From Saccostrea cucullata (lineage: Eukaryota), in assembly GCF_032062105.1 (NCBI RefSeq), contig NW_026936852.1, forward strand, positions 372,001 through 436,000: a stretch of DNA of 64,000 bases. Reading direction: 5' to 3'. Both the position numbers and the translations under genes were made by a program. Position 1 is the stretch's first letter; every line of letters starts with the position of its first letter. Positions 51,596-64,000 of this stretch are shown piece by piece. The notes below the pieces were generated by a model, which saw only the letters and a program-made list of their open reading frames with translations, was not told the origin of the DNA and searched no databases.

Positions 51596-52415
51596 TGGTC
51601 CCTCATTTCCTTTTCCACAGTCCTTCGCCAGGTGTTCTTTGGTCGACCAGGTTTCCTCTTCTCTTCCAGTGTCCATCTAAAGTATCAGTCACATTATCCA
51701 GCGATGGGGTATACGATGAGAAACCGATGCGTTTCTTGATAAAAATGGCGTGGTTGCCGGCCGGACACCTATAGTAATCGGACGGTGACTGGGGCCATTT
51801 GGCGAATCGGTGGGGTCATCGGTAAGAAATAAGTTGTAGTTAAAAATCAGCGATGTCTCCACCGATGCCCCACATCGGCAACCCATCATTAACACATCTT
51901 TCAAGGATTGGCCGATGTATGGCCGATCATCCTCAAGTGTCCGTTGAATCTGAGGTCATCGGGGGGCTGAGTGGTGGGCAACAGACATCAGCCGATCATC
52001 GATCAATATTCGACCAAACATTGGCGACCGACGTATGAACGATTTTCACCAATGTATGAGCGATGTAATATACTAGTACATCTGCCGATTTACCTGGAAC
52101 AAAGTTTTATGATAAGCAATGCATCGCTGATCGCTGGGCCTTTGTCAGTCCAGTCGGCAACCACGCCATTTTATCAAAAAACGCATTGCATGGTTGCCCA
52201 TCGTAAACCCCATCGCTGGATAATATGACTGATACTTTAAGGACTACTAGGCCGATGTGGACCGATGTTAGGGCATCGCTCACACCACAGATTACCACCG
52301 GTCTACGGCCACCGGCCGGGAAATGTGACTAAGGCATAAGAGCTACTTCGGTGATGTTGTTGGCTTGTTTCCTTCTCACATGCCCTAGAACCATCGCCAT
52401 CTCAGCTTTGTCAAC
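51596..52415 (-). mobile_element. RTE-clade LINE 3' ORF remnant, split by a DNA transposon
   Basis: 52415-52337 reads RWRW..GHVRRKQANNITEVAL (one frameshift); 51680-51596 continues RWTLEEKRKPGRPKNTWRRTVEKEM, the typical RTE C-terminal motif. Confidence 0.75.
51681..52336. mobile_element. PIF/Harbinger-like non-autonomous composite insertion with TAA TSD
   Basis: TAA at 51678-51680 and 52337-52339; ~80-bp TIR pair 51681-51765 / 52149-52236 plus an outer end ATGTGACTAAGGCA. Confidence 0.7.
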
Positions 52416-52466
52416 AAAGTTTTCATATCGTCTGTGTTTGCTTTCTCATGTAGTTTAACATTGATA

Positions 52467-53445
52467 TTTTTATGCCTCTGTAATCAAAGATTCGGGGCTA
52501 TATAGATTTTGTCGTGTCCGTTCGTCCGTCCGTCTGTCTAGCTGTCTGTTTGTCCGCAAAAACTTCAACCTTGCCCATAACTTTTGATTTAGTGAAGCTA
52601 TGATTTCCATATTTCATATCTGTATTCCTTCTTGTGACAAGACCTTTCTTTGGGTACCACCAAATATGACCTTTTGACCCACTTATGAAAAAAATTCCAA
52701 ACTTTTACTTTGGCTATAACTTTTGAAGGTAGATACTATGACCTTCATACTTCACATATGTAGTCATTGTGGCAAGTCTTTTCATTGGATATCAACAACT
52801 TTGACCTTGACCTTGGAGATTTCCGTACTTATGAAAAAACTTTAATCTTGGCCATAACTTTTGAAGGGTAAAGACTAGGGCTTTCATACTTCACATATGT
52901 AATCCTTGTAAAAAGACCCTTTATTGTATACCAAGAACTTTGACCCTTTGACCTTGACTTTGGAGTTTGACCTACTTTTATAAAAGATCGTTACCATAAC
53001 TTTTAAAGGGTTAGGGCTAGGACTTTCTTGCTTCACATATTTAATCCTTGTGACAATATGTTTCATTTGATATCAAAAACTTTGATCCTTTGACCTTGAC
53101 TTTTGAGTTTGGCCTACTTTTTAAAAAAAAAATCATAACCTTGGCCATAATATTTGAACGGTTAGGACTATGGCTTTTATACTTCACATATGTAATCCTT
53201 GTAACAATAGACTTTTCTGAAGAAACCAATAACTTTGACCTTTTGACCTTGGAGTTTGATCTACCTTTCAAAAAATTGTCTTTGGCTATGACTTTTGAAC
53301 AGGTGGTGCTAGGGCTTTCGGAGTATTCGTTTGTTACTTGTTAGATACAAAATATGGCCGTTAGACATTGAATACCTTAAGAAAAGTTTAATCTTTGCTA
53401 TGCTGCCATACGGGGGCATCAATGTTTCACAAACACATCTCTCTT
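52467..53445 (+). mobile_element. HINE-like element (same family as 2736-3578)
   Basis: TTTTTATGCC..., (GTCC)n, ~140-146-bp units, ending CGGGGGCATCAATGTTTCACAAACACATCT. Confidence 0.75.
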
Positions 53446-53713
53446 CTTTTTTTTTGGCCATTCATTGTGGAAACTAGAAGCCTGCATATGCCTATTCATT
53501 CTCCGGGTTGTTTGGTGTTCAATGACATAACTTCAGTTTTCTTGTTACTGATTTTCAGTCAATTTCTTCCCTGCATAACTCTGTTATTTTGATGTTTTAC
53601 TTTGCATACTAGTATTGCCATTGTGCATCTCCTATTTTACTTTTTTGATCGGACACATATTTCGGGTTTCCCAAGGCAAAGCATTGACACAGACATTCTT
53701 TCTACAATATTAA

Positions 53714-53810
53714 AGTGGTGACAACACAGGAATAAGATGGACTCTTTTTTCCAGTCTTGAAGACCTAGACTACGCAGATGACTTGGCCCTACTGTCATAT
53801 CTAGAAAAGC
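53714..53810 (+). mobile_element. RTE-type reverse transcriptase fragment
   Basis: Translates GIRWTLFSSLEDLDYADDLALLS (YADD motif). Confidence 0.75.
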
Positions 53811-54099
53811 ATACTAGTATGTAACTAAGATTCTGTGAAGATTTCATTAAATTTCAATCAGTAGTGTAAGAGGAGTTGCAGAAAGGAGACTGGCTCCTAA
53901 ATATCGTGACAGACGGACGGAAGGACGGACATCTCGATCACTATACACGCTCCCACTTTTCAAGCGGGGGTATAAAAAGTCGGCATATGAAAGGAAGTTA
54001 CTACATGTATTGTCAATTAATCAAAACATCGTTGATATACCCAAATACAGAGTTGAAAGCCACAGTAAGTGTTTTCTTCTCACAAACCTGACATGTTCC

Positions 54100-55560
54100 T
54101 GAATAACTTTTTCATATTAATACAGAAATATATCTACATGTACTTATAACGGAGCGCAATTTGTACCCATGAGAATTCCAACAGATTGTTGGAAGACCTT
54201 GACACTAAAAACTACATAGTTACTGTCAATCAGAAACTAAAGCATATTAATTATATCAAAATGACTGGTGTGCACAACCAAATGTTTTTTTTAACAAGAT
54301 AATCTTGTAAATGACCACTGACAAGGTAAGTAAATTAACGAGTTCCTTTCTTTAAAAGAAGAGGCAGATGTCTATGGTGTCAAAATGCCTAGACTCCAAA
54401 CTATCGTGGGGAATCGTTGAAATGTCGGTAAAAATTTATGTTATTGATTGTGGTTAATTTAAAGTTTGACTTTTTAAGAAGTTTCTTGAAATTTTAATTA
54501 CTACCGGAGGATATGTATCCACATTGGATTTACACCACTTCTCGAATATGTTGTTGCGCAATACTCCTGAATGAAACATATGGAGATAACGAATAGTATT
54601 CAAGATAGAAAATCCATAAAACAATACAAAATAGGAGCAGAGCAAACACGGACCACATCAGAAACATCATGGAAGTGAGCATCAGGTGCCGGTCACAGGC
54701 CGTGTGTTCCTTATCATTATCAGGAAGAATCCATCGTCAATTAAGTGTATAAATAATGGACTAACAATTAGTATGTAAAATGTCAGTGAGCATTTGACTC
54801 AATATTGTATTTGCTGACAAGGTCATTGTATCGACAAAATGATGACTTTAAAGTTTAAACGAAACTGCTGATATTCTTGTTTCATCAACTTGTTTGTCAA
54901 TAATTTACCTCGTTTCAGAAATTGTTCATACGTAGAGCAAGCTTTTGCGTACCGAATCAACTGAGATATGTAAACTCCGTATGAGGCGATGAAGGAATAT
55001 TGCTGCATACGTAAGGGGAGTTGACGATAGAAAACTTAAAGTGCTCACGTTTATCATAGAGCTTGGTTGCTAGATTGCCCTCAACGTCTTTTTCAAGTTA
55101 AATATCCAAATATGAAACAGATGTGTCAGACTGTTTGGAATCTTTTATCCCAAGCTCACCAAGATATATCATATCGACATAAGAATAGAAATTACCATAC
55201 GTCGATCGTCGATATATCTAAATGTCAAGGTGAAGGCCACAGCAAGTGTTTTATTCTTATCACGCATAAGATTTTGGACAAATTCTGCTTCACATGAATA
55301 CAAAAATAGGCCTGCTAATGGCGGGACACAATTGGTACCCATGGGAATTCCAATAGATTGTTGGAAGACCTGGTCTCCAAAAACAACATAGATATTGTCA
55401 ATCAGAAACTCAAGCATCTTTTTGATGTCAACTTCAGAGTACATGTACTTGTGTGTACAAGCAGAATGATTTTGAACTAAATAATTTTGCAAATGACCAA
55501 TGACAATAAATGTAAATTTAATAGTTCATTTTCTTTTATTGAAAAAGCAGCTGTCGATGT
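54100..55560 (-). mobile_element. Penelope-like element RT remnants (degenerate, at least two copies)
   Basis: LEFLIDNIYVVFGDQVFQQSIGIPMGTNC..LFLY..E...FRYIDD (55169..55492) and YGVYISQLIRYAKACS (54823..55008); decayed second copy at 54150-54240. Confidence 0.8.
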
Positions 55561-55821
55561 CAATAAAGTTTCTCCTTCACTGCTGTTAACATTTCTTAAA
55601 AGGCTTAGTAGAACATTCGCTGGAACCTTCTATGTATGTTTTATGAAGCTCAAATATTCCAAACTAACATAGGAAATGAAGAATGTGCCCCTTAGAAAGG
55701 GAGATATAGTTGGATAACCATTTGCAGAATTAAATCACAGTATCCCTAGTATACTTTTAAAATAATGAGCCTTACAAACAAATACAACGTTACTATCTGC
55801 TTTGTCAGCACTTGGGTAGCA

Positions 55822-55907
55822 CAGTAGGATTCGAACCCACGACGTAATGATCAACTCCTTGTTTCGCGACTCTAGAGTAGACGCTCTAACCACTGCACAG
55901 CGCGGGC
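55822..55907 (-). mobile_element. tRNA-derived SINE head (Pol III A/B boxes)
   Basis: GCAGTGGTTAGAGC (A box-like) and GGTTCGAATCC (B box); no complete cloverleaf. Confidence 0.55.
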
Positions 55908-55939
55908 AACTTAATTTATGGAGAAGAATTATTCTATGT

Positions 55940-56290
55940 AAATTGTATGACAAATGAGATGACTTTGAACAGCTCTTTCATTAACAACTTCTCCTTATTT
56001 ATGTAGCAATATTCCACTATTACCTGCATATGGTGTTTATTTCTCCCAAGTAATTCGCTACATAGGAGTTGATGTTACATAAGTTGAGGAATTTCAATAA
56101 CACCATTTAAAGTCAGAAAATTGTAATTGCTGTCGTCGTTATAAAAGTCGTCATAGCAAATATAACCGTCTTCTTGATCAATACATAGGGCTCAAGGCGA
56201 GTGAGACCAATCAACAGGAAACGTGTCCTCCTCAAAGGGACCTGATTCCATTTCTGGATCGAACTTCCAGGGCCGGGTTTATGCCCTGTT
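55940..56290 (+). mobile_element. Penelope-like 3' fragment in opposite orientation
   Basis: YDK.DDF...YLCSNIPLLPAYGVYFSQVIRY-like translation. Confidence 0.6.
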
Positions 56291-56571
56291 CAAAGATTTG
56301 TATTTGATCAATCACTGTTTATTATCTTCATTCATTTTCATTGATTCATTTGACATATTTTTTTTTAACTCAAAGTAAAACAAACAAAGGCTGTCACATC
56401 TTTTTCTTTATTTTCAAGAAAACGACATTCATTGCAGCATAATAGAAAACCCAGTTAAACATTAGGCAAAGATAAGTGGCTGTTCCATCAATGAAACTTC
56501 TCTTGCATCATTAATACAATAATTAAACTTTTTTAATCCTTCTTTAAATGATTATTTAAACAGATATAGAT

Positions 56572-56679
56572 ATAAACAATAAAATGTCTTTCTTTGTTTG
56601 TTATGTAATTTTTTTCTGCAATAGCTGCGACCGTTAATTCCAATAATAACAAACAAAGAAAGCATTTTATTGCTTAAAT
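56572..56679. repeat. ~108-bp palindromic element
   Basis: AATAAAATGTCTTTCTTTGTTTGTTAT ... ATAACAAACAAAGAAAGCATTTTATT. Confidence 0.65.
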
Positions 56680-57790
56680 AATAGAAAAAAAAGGATGTAA
56701 TTGTTACATCTCTCATGCATACAGCTGGTTCTACAGTACCCCTGGTGCTTCAAGTGGTCCTGTTTACAAATATGTACCATCTGTGCTTTTGTTTCAATGT
56801 AAAAGGTATAGATAATGAAACTATGATTGATCTTTAAAAATGAAGAGGGGAAATATAACGCGGACCCCTGGAAAATTCAGAGGCGGAATCAGGTGGCTGA
56901 AAGGGGTAAGAATCCCCTTTTGACCGGTGTCGCTGGTTCCCCCACTATGTGAGTCCTATGTATTATTTCAAGTAGATGGAACTTTGGCAGTCAATTGAGT
57001 GTAAAACAAAGACCTAACAATTGGTATGAAACAGTCAGCTAAAGTACAACCCATGCAATTAATAATATGAAATCCTTCCCTTTACTACCCAAATGCTGTC
57101 GTTTCTAAGTTGAGATTCAGTCTTCTTGATGAAGCAAAGATATCATTATTTTGGATAGCTTAGAAGGGATATGTTTTAAAGTAGGTTGATAGGTAGGGTG
57201 TTTGAAATCACGCTTCTAAGTGCAAAGGAGGAACACCACTTGCTCGTACATTATGTGATTTATGATGTTTACAAGAGACAAATAGCCCAACATATTTGCA
57301 GACTACAGTGTACCTGACCAAATGATTATGAACATCATCAACTTGACATGATTCACTTTCAACAGAAATCAACTGATCTGGTCATTACACATAAAACACT
57401 TAGTTCAGTCCAGTCTTTTTCTGTAAAACTTTGCAAATGTTTTATGAAAGCAAATCGTAATCTACATTGTATAACATGATACCACTGGTACATGAACAAC
57501 TAGTTCCAGGATTTTTTTTAAAATCACACAGAGGGAGAAAGAACTAAAACCAAGAGATTATTACCATGTCAGTAGGAATACTAGTACCAACACTGAGAAG
57601 AAGGAAGATTTAGAAATGTCAATGGCTACATTTTTAATTGCTTGCTATAAAGTACATGTATTTTTTCGCTAGAAATATTTTCCAACAGTAAACCGAAAAC
57701 TGGCATTGAAGGAACAGGAAGTCATGCCTAGGACAAACTCATCACACATCGGAAGGAAAGGCAAGAATCAAGGGATAAATCGAATTGTAC

Positions 57791-57846
57791 GTTGTGATCA
57801 GCGGGGTACTGGGAAACGTACGGTTGAAGGAAGATTCCAAAATGTC
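57791..57846 (-). CDS. Candidate upstream exon (DILESSFNRTFPSTPLIT)
   Basis: Phase 0-2 fits between 58704 and 46874, but both splice sites are weak. Confidence 0.25.
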
Positions 57847-58703
57847 CTTAATGATATTCTGCACTACTTCCTACCAGAAGTAATCGTTCAGTCTTTAACA
57901 AAATGGCCGAAAATAGATAAATTATTTTGCATAATTTTTCTTCCACAAGACAACAGTATGGTACTTCTTCCGATTATAAATATTAATTTCTCAAAGATTC
58001 ACATTAAAGGACAAGGTATGGTAACAGTGGAATTTGGCCACTTATAATTTAATGCAAAAATCAGAAATCATCTCTAATTGTTATACCGGTAGTTTGTAGT
58101 AAAGAACTTAATATGATGCTTGTTTTAAAACTACTACTAATTTTGATTCAAAGCTGATGGGGGGGGGGGGGGGGGGGGCATAAGAGAGTTCAGATGTAGG
58201 ACATTTTTCCAAATTGTGGTGGAATTTTATCAAATTTGGAATACTTTTCATTTTGGGAAACATAATTTGTAGCACAAGCTTGCCTATCTGAGACTTTTGT
58301 ACAGAAGATGCATTTTATACTACTATAGTGTATGAAATATAAAAATTTGGTAGAGGGGCATGTGTGTGCTCTATATCTTCTGAATCAAAGTATGCTGTAA
58401 AATGGTTGAAAATTTAGTTAACTTACATAAAAATGAGAAAATCTGGAAAATTGACATATTTTCTGACCTTCCTGTGACCCCAGTGTATTCCATAACTTAG
58501 AACCAGTACTCATTTTTTGGTAGGGATGACAACCGATTCTTATTGATAAACTGTTGCATCATTCTAAAAGACATCCCAAACCAGGGACCAAAAAAGGTAG
58601 CCTATCTTATCCTTTATATGTTTTGAAATTGGATAATTACAGATGCCATGCAATTAGTCAGGTTTGTTTGTCTCCATGTGACCAGTTCAGATGGAAGGAG
58701 CAC

Positions 58704-58833
58704 CTGTCTATAATACTGTGTATAAGTAGTCCGGAACAAGAGGTCGACAACATAGTCTGGTCGAGTGGAGTATTTTCCCTTTATGTAATCATCTAATGAT
58801 TTGCCCACAATTATAATGCTTGTTTCATGTAAA
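58704..58833 (-). CDS. Candidate upstream exon (..VGKSLDDYIKGKYSTRPDYVVDLLFRTTYTQYYRQ)
   Basis: Protein-like ORF 58614..58808; CAG|GTGCTC donor; ttttttcccctgaaaAG acceptor. Confidence 0.35.
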
Positions 58834-58959
58834 CTTTTCAGGGGAAAAAATCCCTATTAAAAGTAACAAAATCTGCTGAATACCACACCGAAGCATGACT
58901 TAGACATGTTAGTGTTAATAAAAATGAAATTCAGCAATACAATGTTCTATTTTTCTTAG

Positions 58960-59440
58960 GTAATGAAGGTCAATGGGTCAGAATTCATAATACATCGGAA
59001 ACATCTTGTTACAAGTAATGCAAAAGTCAAATATGAAAGTCCTATCTCCTCTCAATCAAAAGTTATAAGGAAAGATATTTTACTTTTGAAAAGGTCAAAG
59101 TCACAGGGCAAAAGTCATTGTATACTTAAAAAGGCCTTGTAACAAGTAATGTATATGTGTAATATAATAAAAGGCCCTATCTTTTCTCTTTCAAAAGTTA
59201 CCAAGTACTAGTATATGTAATGTTAATTTTTTTAAATAAGTAGGTATAAATTTTCAAGGTCAAGTTCATTGGGCCAAGAATCATATTTGCAAATGTCTTG
59301 TCACAGGTAATGTACATGTGGAAAATGAAATCCCTATCATTTTCATTCATTAGTAATGACTATGGTTATAGTTTTTGTGACAGCAGAAGAGACAAACGAG
59401 ATATAATTTCCCCTCACTTTCGTGAAATGGGGGATAACAA
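58960..59440 (-). mobile_element. HINE-like fragment (family of 780-1350)
   Basis: CTTGT(T/C)ACA.GTAATG, CCCTATC..CTC.TTCAAAAGTTA units; CCCCTCACTTTCGTGAAATGGGG stem. Confidence 0.55.
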
Positions 59441-61146
59441 ACAAATGCCATATCACACATTTGTGAAATGAATTTATTTCATACACCATAATATCTTTTT
59501 AAGAAATGGCTTCATTAGTAAAAGTTGATCATCTCCCTTGAAACTTGAACCCCCAGCCCCTTCTTGGTCTATAAAGTACTACGTACAATGTGAACTTTAA
59601 ACCTTGGAAATCAGCATGAAAAATGTTAATGCGTCACTGTGGCATGAAACATTTATTTCCTGTTCATCATAATACTTCATTATGTAGCAACAAATAAGTA
59701 CCTAACACATTATACATTAATGGATCAAGTTTACATTTACAATGAACCGGAATATCCCAGCTGTTGTTCAGATTTAAATGATGAATTTCCTTTTCGTAAT
59801 GATTTTGGAGCAGCATAGGTTTCCCTTCGTAACAATGTACAGATTTTTACATAATAATTTTATAAGTTCGGTTAATGTAACTAACCAACTTTTCCAAAAA
59901 AAATTAAGTATTGATAAGTGTACAATGATCTTAAAATACAGTCCAAAAAAATATAACTTGGGCAAGGTGACCAGCACACACAGTGATTGATCTACATGTA
60001 ACAGTATAAATTCCTACTGAGGTATTACTCTAAATTCTACCTTTAAAAATAAAATTAAAATATACATTTATTATTAAAAAAAGGTCACTTATTAATCAGG
60101 AATACATACTGGAAAGATTGTGACAGAAATTTTAATATACATAATAATTAAGTAGGAAAATGCAATCAGTAAAAAAAAAATATGTATATAAATCAACAAT
60201 ATACAAATGGAATGTAGTATTATATATAACATAATTCTGATAAACTGATAAACAGCAAAGCAATACAAACAGGTCACATGATCATCATGTGATGCAGACT
60301 AACACCTTATATATATATATGCAAGCACACACACATTCATACAGACGTTTTCTTAAATCTCGCCATCCCAAGTACCAAGTATTCGCTGTATGAAATATTA
60401 CAGGAATGTAGAAGTAAATTATAAAATGGAAAGAATTATAAATTCTTTCTCATATTTAGCTTGGACAGCCGCAAATGTATCCTTTAGAATGTTTTTGTCA
60501 GAATGTCACACAGATTCATAAATCCATTCTAGAAAAATATATAAAATTTCAGAAAAATGAGATCAATATATTTAACCTCATCTTTACATGTACAATACAA
60601 GGAGGACATGCTTTTTACACATCCAATTATATATTATGACTGTCATTTGTGAAGAAAGTTTAAAGAAGTTTTGGGCTTACAGTCTGCAAGCCTAAAAGTT
60701 GAAGAACACACAGAAAAAGTGAAAAATGAATTATGTGGAACAATGAAAGACAACTCAAAACTTCTCTTACACACTGATTGTAACAACAGAGATGCCAAAA
60801 TTAAAATGAATTGGGCAGACATAAATTCAAATTAAATCACTTAAGTGGAGTTGTTGAAAAGTTATGTCTACAAATGACACAAATTATTGCTTTACTTTAT
60901 ATACTAGTATCTGCTAAGTGAGGTAAAACTTACACTGAAATCTACACCTGCATTAAAGATTAAGAAAACTAAAAATGCTTAATTCATGGTCTTAATATGA
61001 AAACAGTTTTCAGTTCTTTCAAATCAAATGAAAAAATATTTTCACAACTGCAGACACACAGAGAAAATTTTGCATGTGCTCATTTGTGTACAGAAAGTCC
61101 TCCCATGCATGGTGTCAAAATTACAAAATCTATGTACATTTGCAAA

Positions 61147-61465
61147 CTAGTGCCCTGTAGCTTGCTTAGCAGCTACAATTAGGGGTCGGAGAGTTTTAAG
61201 GTCTTTCGCACATTTAAGGAAGTCATGCAGAAGGAGTTCATCGGTATCGGCTCTCGTCTCCACATCCACTTCCAGCGTCCGGTCGATGAATTGCTGAAGT
61301 AATTTGGACAGCTTCTCAAAATTCTTAATTTCGGGTTTCCCCTTGGTTGCTATTCTATAAATAGCCTTCAGTGGGGTTTCGTTCAGATAGGGGGGTTCTC
61401 CCTCCAACATTTCTATTATCATGATTCCCATTGACCAAACATCCACCTTCTTACCATAGTGCTTC
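61147..61465 (-). CDS. PAK: Group-I PAK kinase terminal exon ([15 protein letters not shown]...[14 protein letters not shown]...ATGH*)
   Basis: Kinase subdomains IX-XI; tttttacAG acceptor; TAG at 61149-61147. Confidence 0.95.
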
Positions 61466-61791
61466 CTGTAAAAAAGGATTTATGTTGACAACTAATCATG
61501 TAAGGTATGCACTAAAAAGCTGTAGACAGTTTTTTTAAAAAAATGTACTGCTGCGTTGTTGATAAGCATTAAAAGAGAGGGAGATGAACAATTCAATTCT
61601 ATAAACAGTATTAACACATACACATTTTAAAGATCTAGATTTGCGTATAAGTTAAGATAGTTTTCATTTGTATAATGGATATTCAAATAAACAAACTGAA
61701 ACAATATCATAAGAACATTTTCAATGCTGGAAAGCCATTCTTACATGTATCAACTAAAAGAAGAATTATTATTGACACAATAAACACTGAC

Positions 61792-62274
61792 CTGGATACG
61801 ACCTCGGGAGCCATCCAATATGGCGTTCCTACCATTGTCTGTCGCTTTGAGTTATCTCCACTTAGCTGAGCACAAAAGCCAAAGTCAGTTAGTTTGACTG
61901 ACCCATTCATTCCTAGTAAAACATTGTCACTTTTAATATCCCTATGTATAATACCCTTAGAGTGCAAATAGTTCAAAGCTTGTAGGCACTCCCGGGTTAC
62001 AGCTGCTATTTGTCCTTCATTCATTATGGTTTCCGTAACAACGTCAGTCAGTGCACCACCATCAAGGTATTCCATTACTACCCATAATTCATTTTTCTCA
62101 GACAGGAAGTAACAATCCAGGAAGTTGACTATGTTTTGATGTCGGTAGGTTTTCATCACCTCAATTTCTGTTATAAGGAGCTCCTTCTTCGGCTGGTTGG
62201 TTAGATCCATAGATTTAATGGCTACCACTGCATCATGATCTTTAGGTTTCGCACTATACACACAACCAGATGCT
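61792..62274 (-). CDS. PAK: Group-I PAK kinase catalytic exon
   Basis: [43 protein letters not shown]; 483 nt, phase 2-2. Confidence 0.95.
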
Positions 62275-62465
62275 CTGAAAAAGGATAACATCAAATCTTA
62301 ACTTTACTTATTCTTTCCTCTCATGTCTTAAAAGTAGTCTAAAATGGATTGAAGAATTATGTATTGTTTAAATCTTCCATACATTACCTTCTATTGCTAT
62401 TCATGTTACAAGTGTCAATTTATCATTACTGAGAGTTAATATATCAGAAGAAACACAACCCTTAC

Positions 62466-62529
62466 CCTGCCCCAAGCTTCTTTGAGATGGTGTACTTTGC
62501 AGTGGGATCCCCAGGTGAAGCAAGTGCTC
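62466..62529 (-). CDS. PAK: PAK exon (ALASPGDPTAKYTISKKLGAG)
   Basis: GDP..KY...KLG motif before the Gly loop (GAGASG after splicing); tttttcAG acceptor and GG|GTAAG donor. Confidence 0.9.
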
Positions 62530-62604
62530 CTGAAAAAAAAATCCATTAGCTTCAAAAGATAGTTACAATACTATAACTATAGTTCTAATAATGCAAAATA
62601 TATA

Positions 62605-62829
62605 CCGTATAAGTAGAAATTTTAGCGAGGATTTGATTTTGGCAATATTAGCGAGGCTGTTGAGATCGCTAAAATTGAATATCGCTAAAAATAAATTGCG
62701 TGTTATTTGTACTAGCTTCTTAAAGGAGCATTTTAAAATCGCTAAAATTAATTCTTGCTAAAAATAAAATACCCATTTTTAAGGAGAAATCGCTAAATTT
62801 GTGTCTCACTAAAATTTCCACTTATACGG
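62605..62829. mobile_element. 225-bp TA-flanked MITE in a PAK intron
   Basis: TA|CCGTATAAGTAGAAATTTTAG ... CTAAAATTTCCACTTATACGG|TA; internal CGCTAAA repeats. Confidence 0.8.
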
Positions 62830-64000
62830 TATATTACATTCATCTATAGCAATTGCAAAACAAAACTTGACATAAAAAGGCAGTTAAGTTTACATACATC
62901 ATAAAGTTAAGTAAAAAACAAACAATTAATTTAATTATTTCAAAAATACTCAAAAATTATTAAAATCTATAACTAGTAAGGTGCAATGCTACAGAAAAAC
63001 ATTACATTTAATTTTACCGCCGGTTGAAAATTTGGCCGGTTTAGACTATCCGACTGTGAGTCCAACACAAAAATGCAGGAAAATACTACTTTTGAAAATT
63101 TCGTTGTTTATTTACAAGTACTTCATACACATAATATAAAATATAATTTAATAATGAAATAAATTAACATTTTGGAGTCCAGAAATTATTAAATAGTCCC
63201 ACATGACTTAAAGTATTTTCTTGTTTGTTCACGAAGTTTGAAAGTCGGGTGAAATGTTACTTAAATCAAAATCTAAGGCACGCATAATATAGGCCTACTA
63301 TATATCAAGCGGTCTGGGTTTCGCTTGTCAAAGAGTTCCTTCAATGTATAAACAGTAATGCACAATTATTTACGATGTGCTAATTATTGGATTGAACTTT
63401 TAATTTTTATGTAAAAAAAAAATACGTCTTCCCCCACAGTGTTATGGCGCCATTTTGAAATGCGTTCGATTTTCGATCCCGATTATTATTTTGATTTGTA
63501 AATCACGTACATATATTTTGTGTTTATGTTATGATGTGGTAAAAGGAGTTAAAACAAAGTTATTTTTTTTAAATTGTAATTTAATCATATAATATATTTT
63601 TCAAGTGAGCTGCGTCACCGCCGCATTTCACAGAGTGCGTCTTATGGCACTAATGCTAATGTAAACACGTATTATCATTCCACCACGAAAAAATTGCTTT
63701 TAAAACTAGGTGTGGCCAATATAAATGATTACCGTTAATTATGACAGACCAGTTGGCCGTTTACAGAATAGACAGTATCCAGACTACACAGAATTTTTTC
63801 TAATGAATTTGTTAAAGAAGTGCATGGGACTAAAATTTATAGACGGAATGTAAAAAACAGGCCAGTCTGGTTCAAATTTTACTGTATTTCGTTATAGTGG
63901 AAATGGTCTAATCCTACAACTGTGTATAAATCTGACACACTGTGAATTCCAACATTATATTTTTTTCCCATTTTACTGCTTTCCATGTTTCTTTACCCTG

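Noticed and set aside
55822-55907. Possible tRNA gene with CTA (amber) anticodon
   Set aside because: No proper acceptor or anticodon stem; lies among TE debris; better read as a SINE head

Overview
AT-rich eukaryotic genomic DNA, most likely from a bivalve mollusc (oyster-like, inferred from Cg170/HindIII-type 166-bp satellite units, Helentron-associated HINE elements, TTAA/TA MITEs and Penelope remnants). Two protein-coding genes lie on the minus strand. (1) The last three exons of a group-I PAK kinase (61147-62529). (2) A large multi-exon gene (at least 13082-46874, >=609 codons, all splice phases consistent) whose C-terminal half carries the motifs of vertebrate TSGA13. One intron of this gene holds two sense-strand miR-29 precursor hairpins (28414-28503 and 22741-22820). 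By recall, human TSGA13 lies on the same strand just downstream of MIR29B1/MIR29A at 7q32, so this locus suggests an ancient TSGA13 / miR-29 host-gene arrangement. The ~16-48 kb interval around the miRNAs is TE-poor and has candidate internal promoters and alternative exons. The flanks (1-12.7 kb, 48.5-59.5 kb) are TE-dense and include a 6.6-kb TA-flanked foldback element with palindromic minisatellite arms and a composite Harbinger-like insertion splitting an RTE LINE. All calls were made by eye; no database searches were run.
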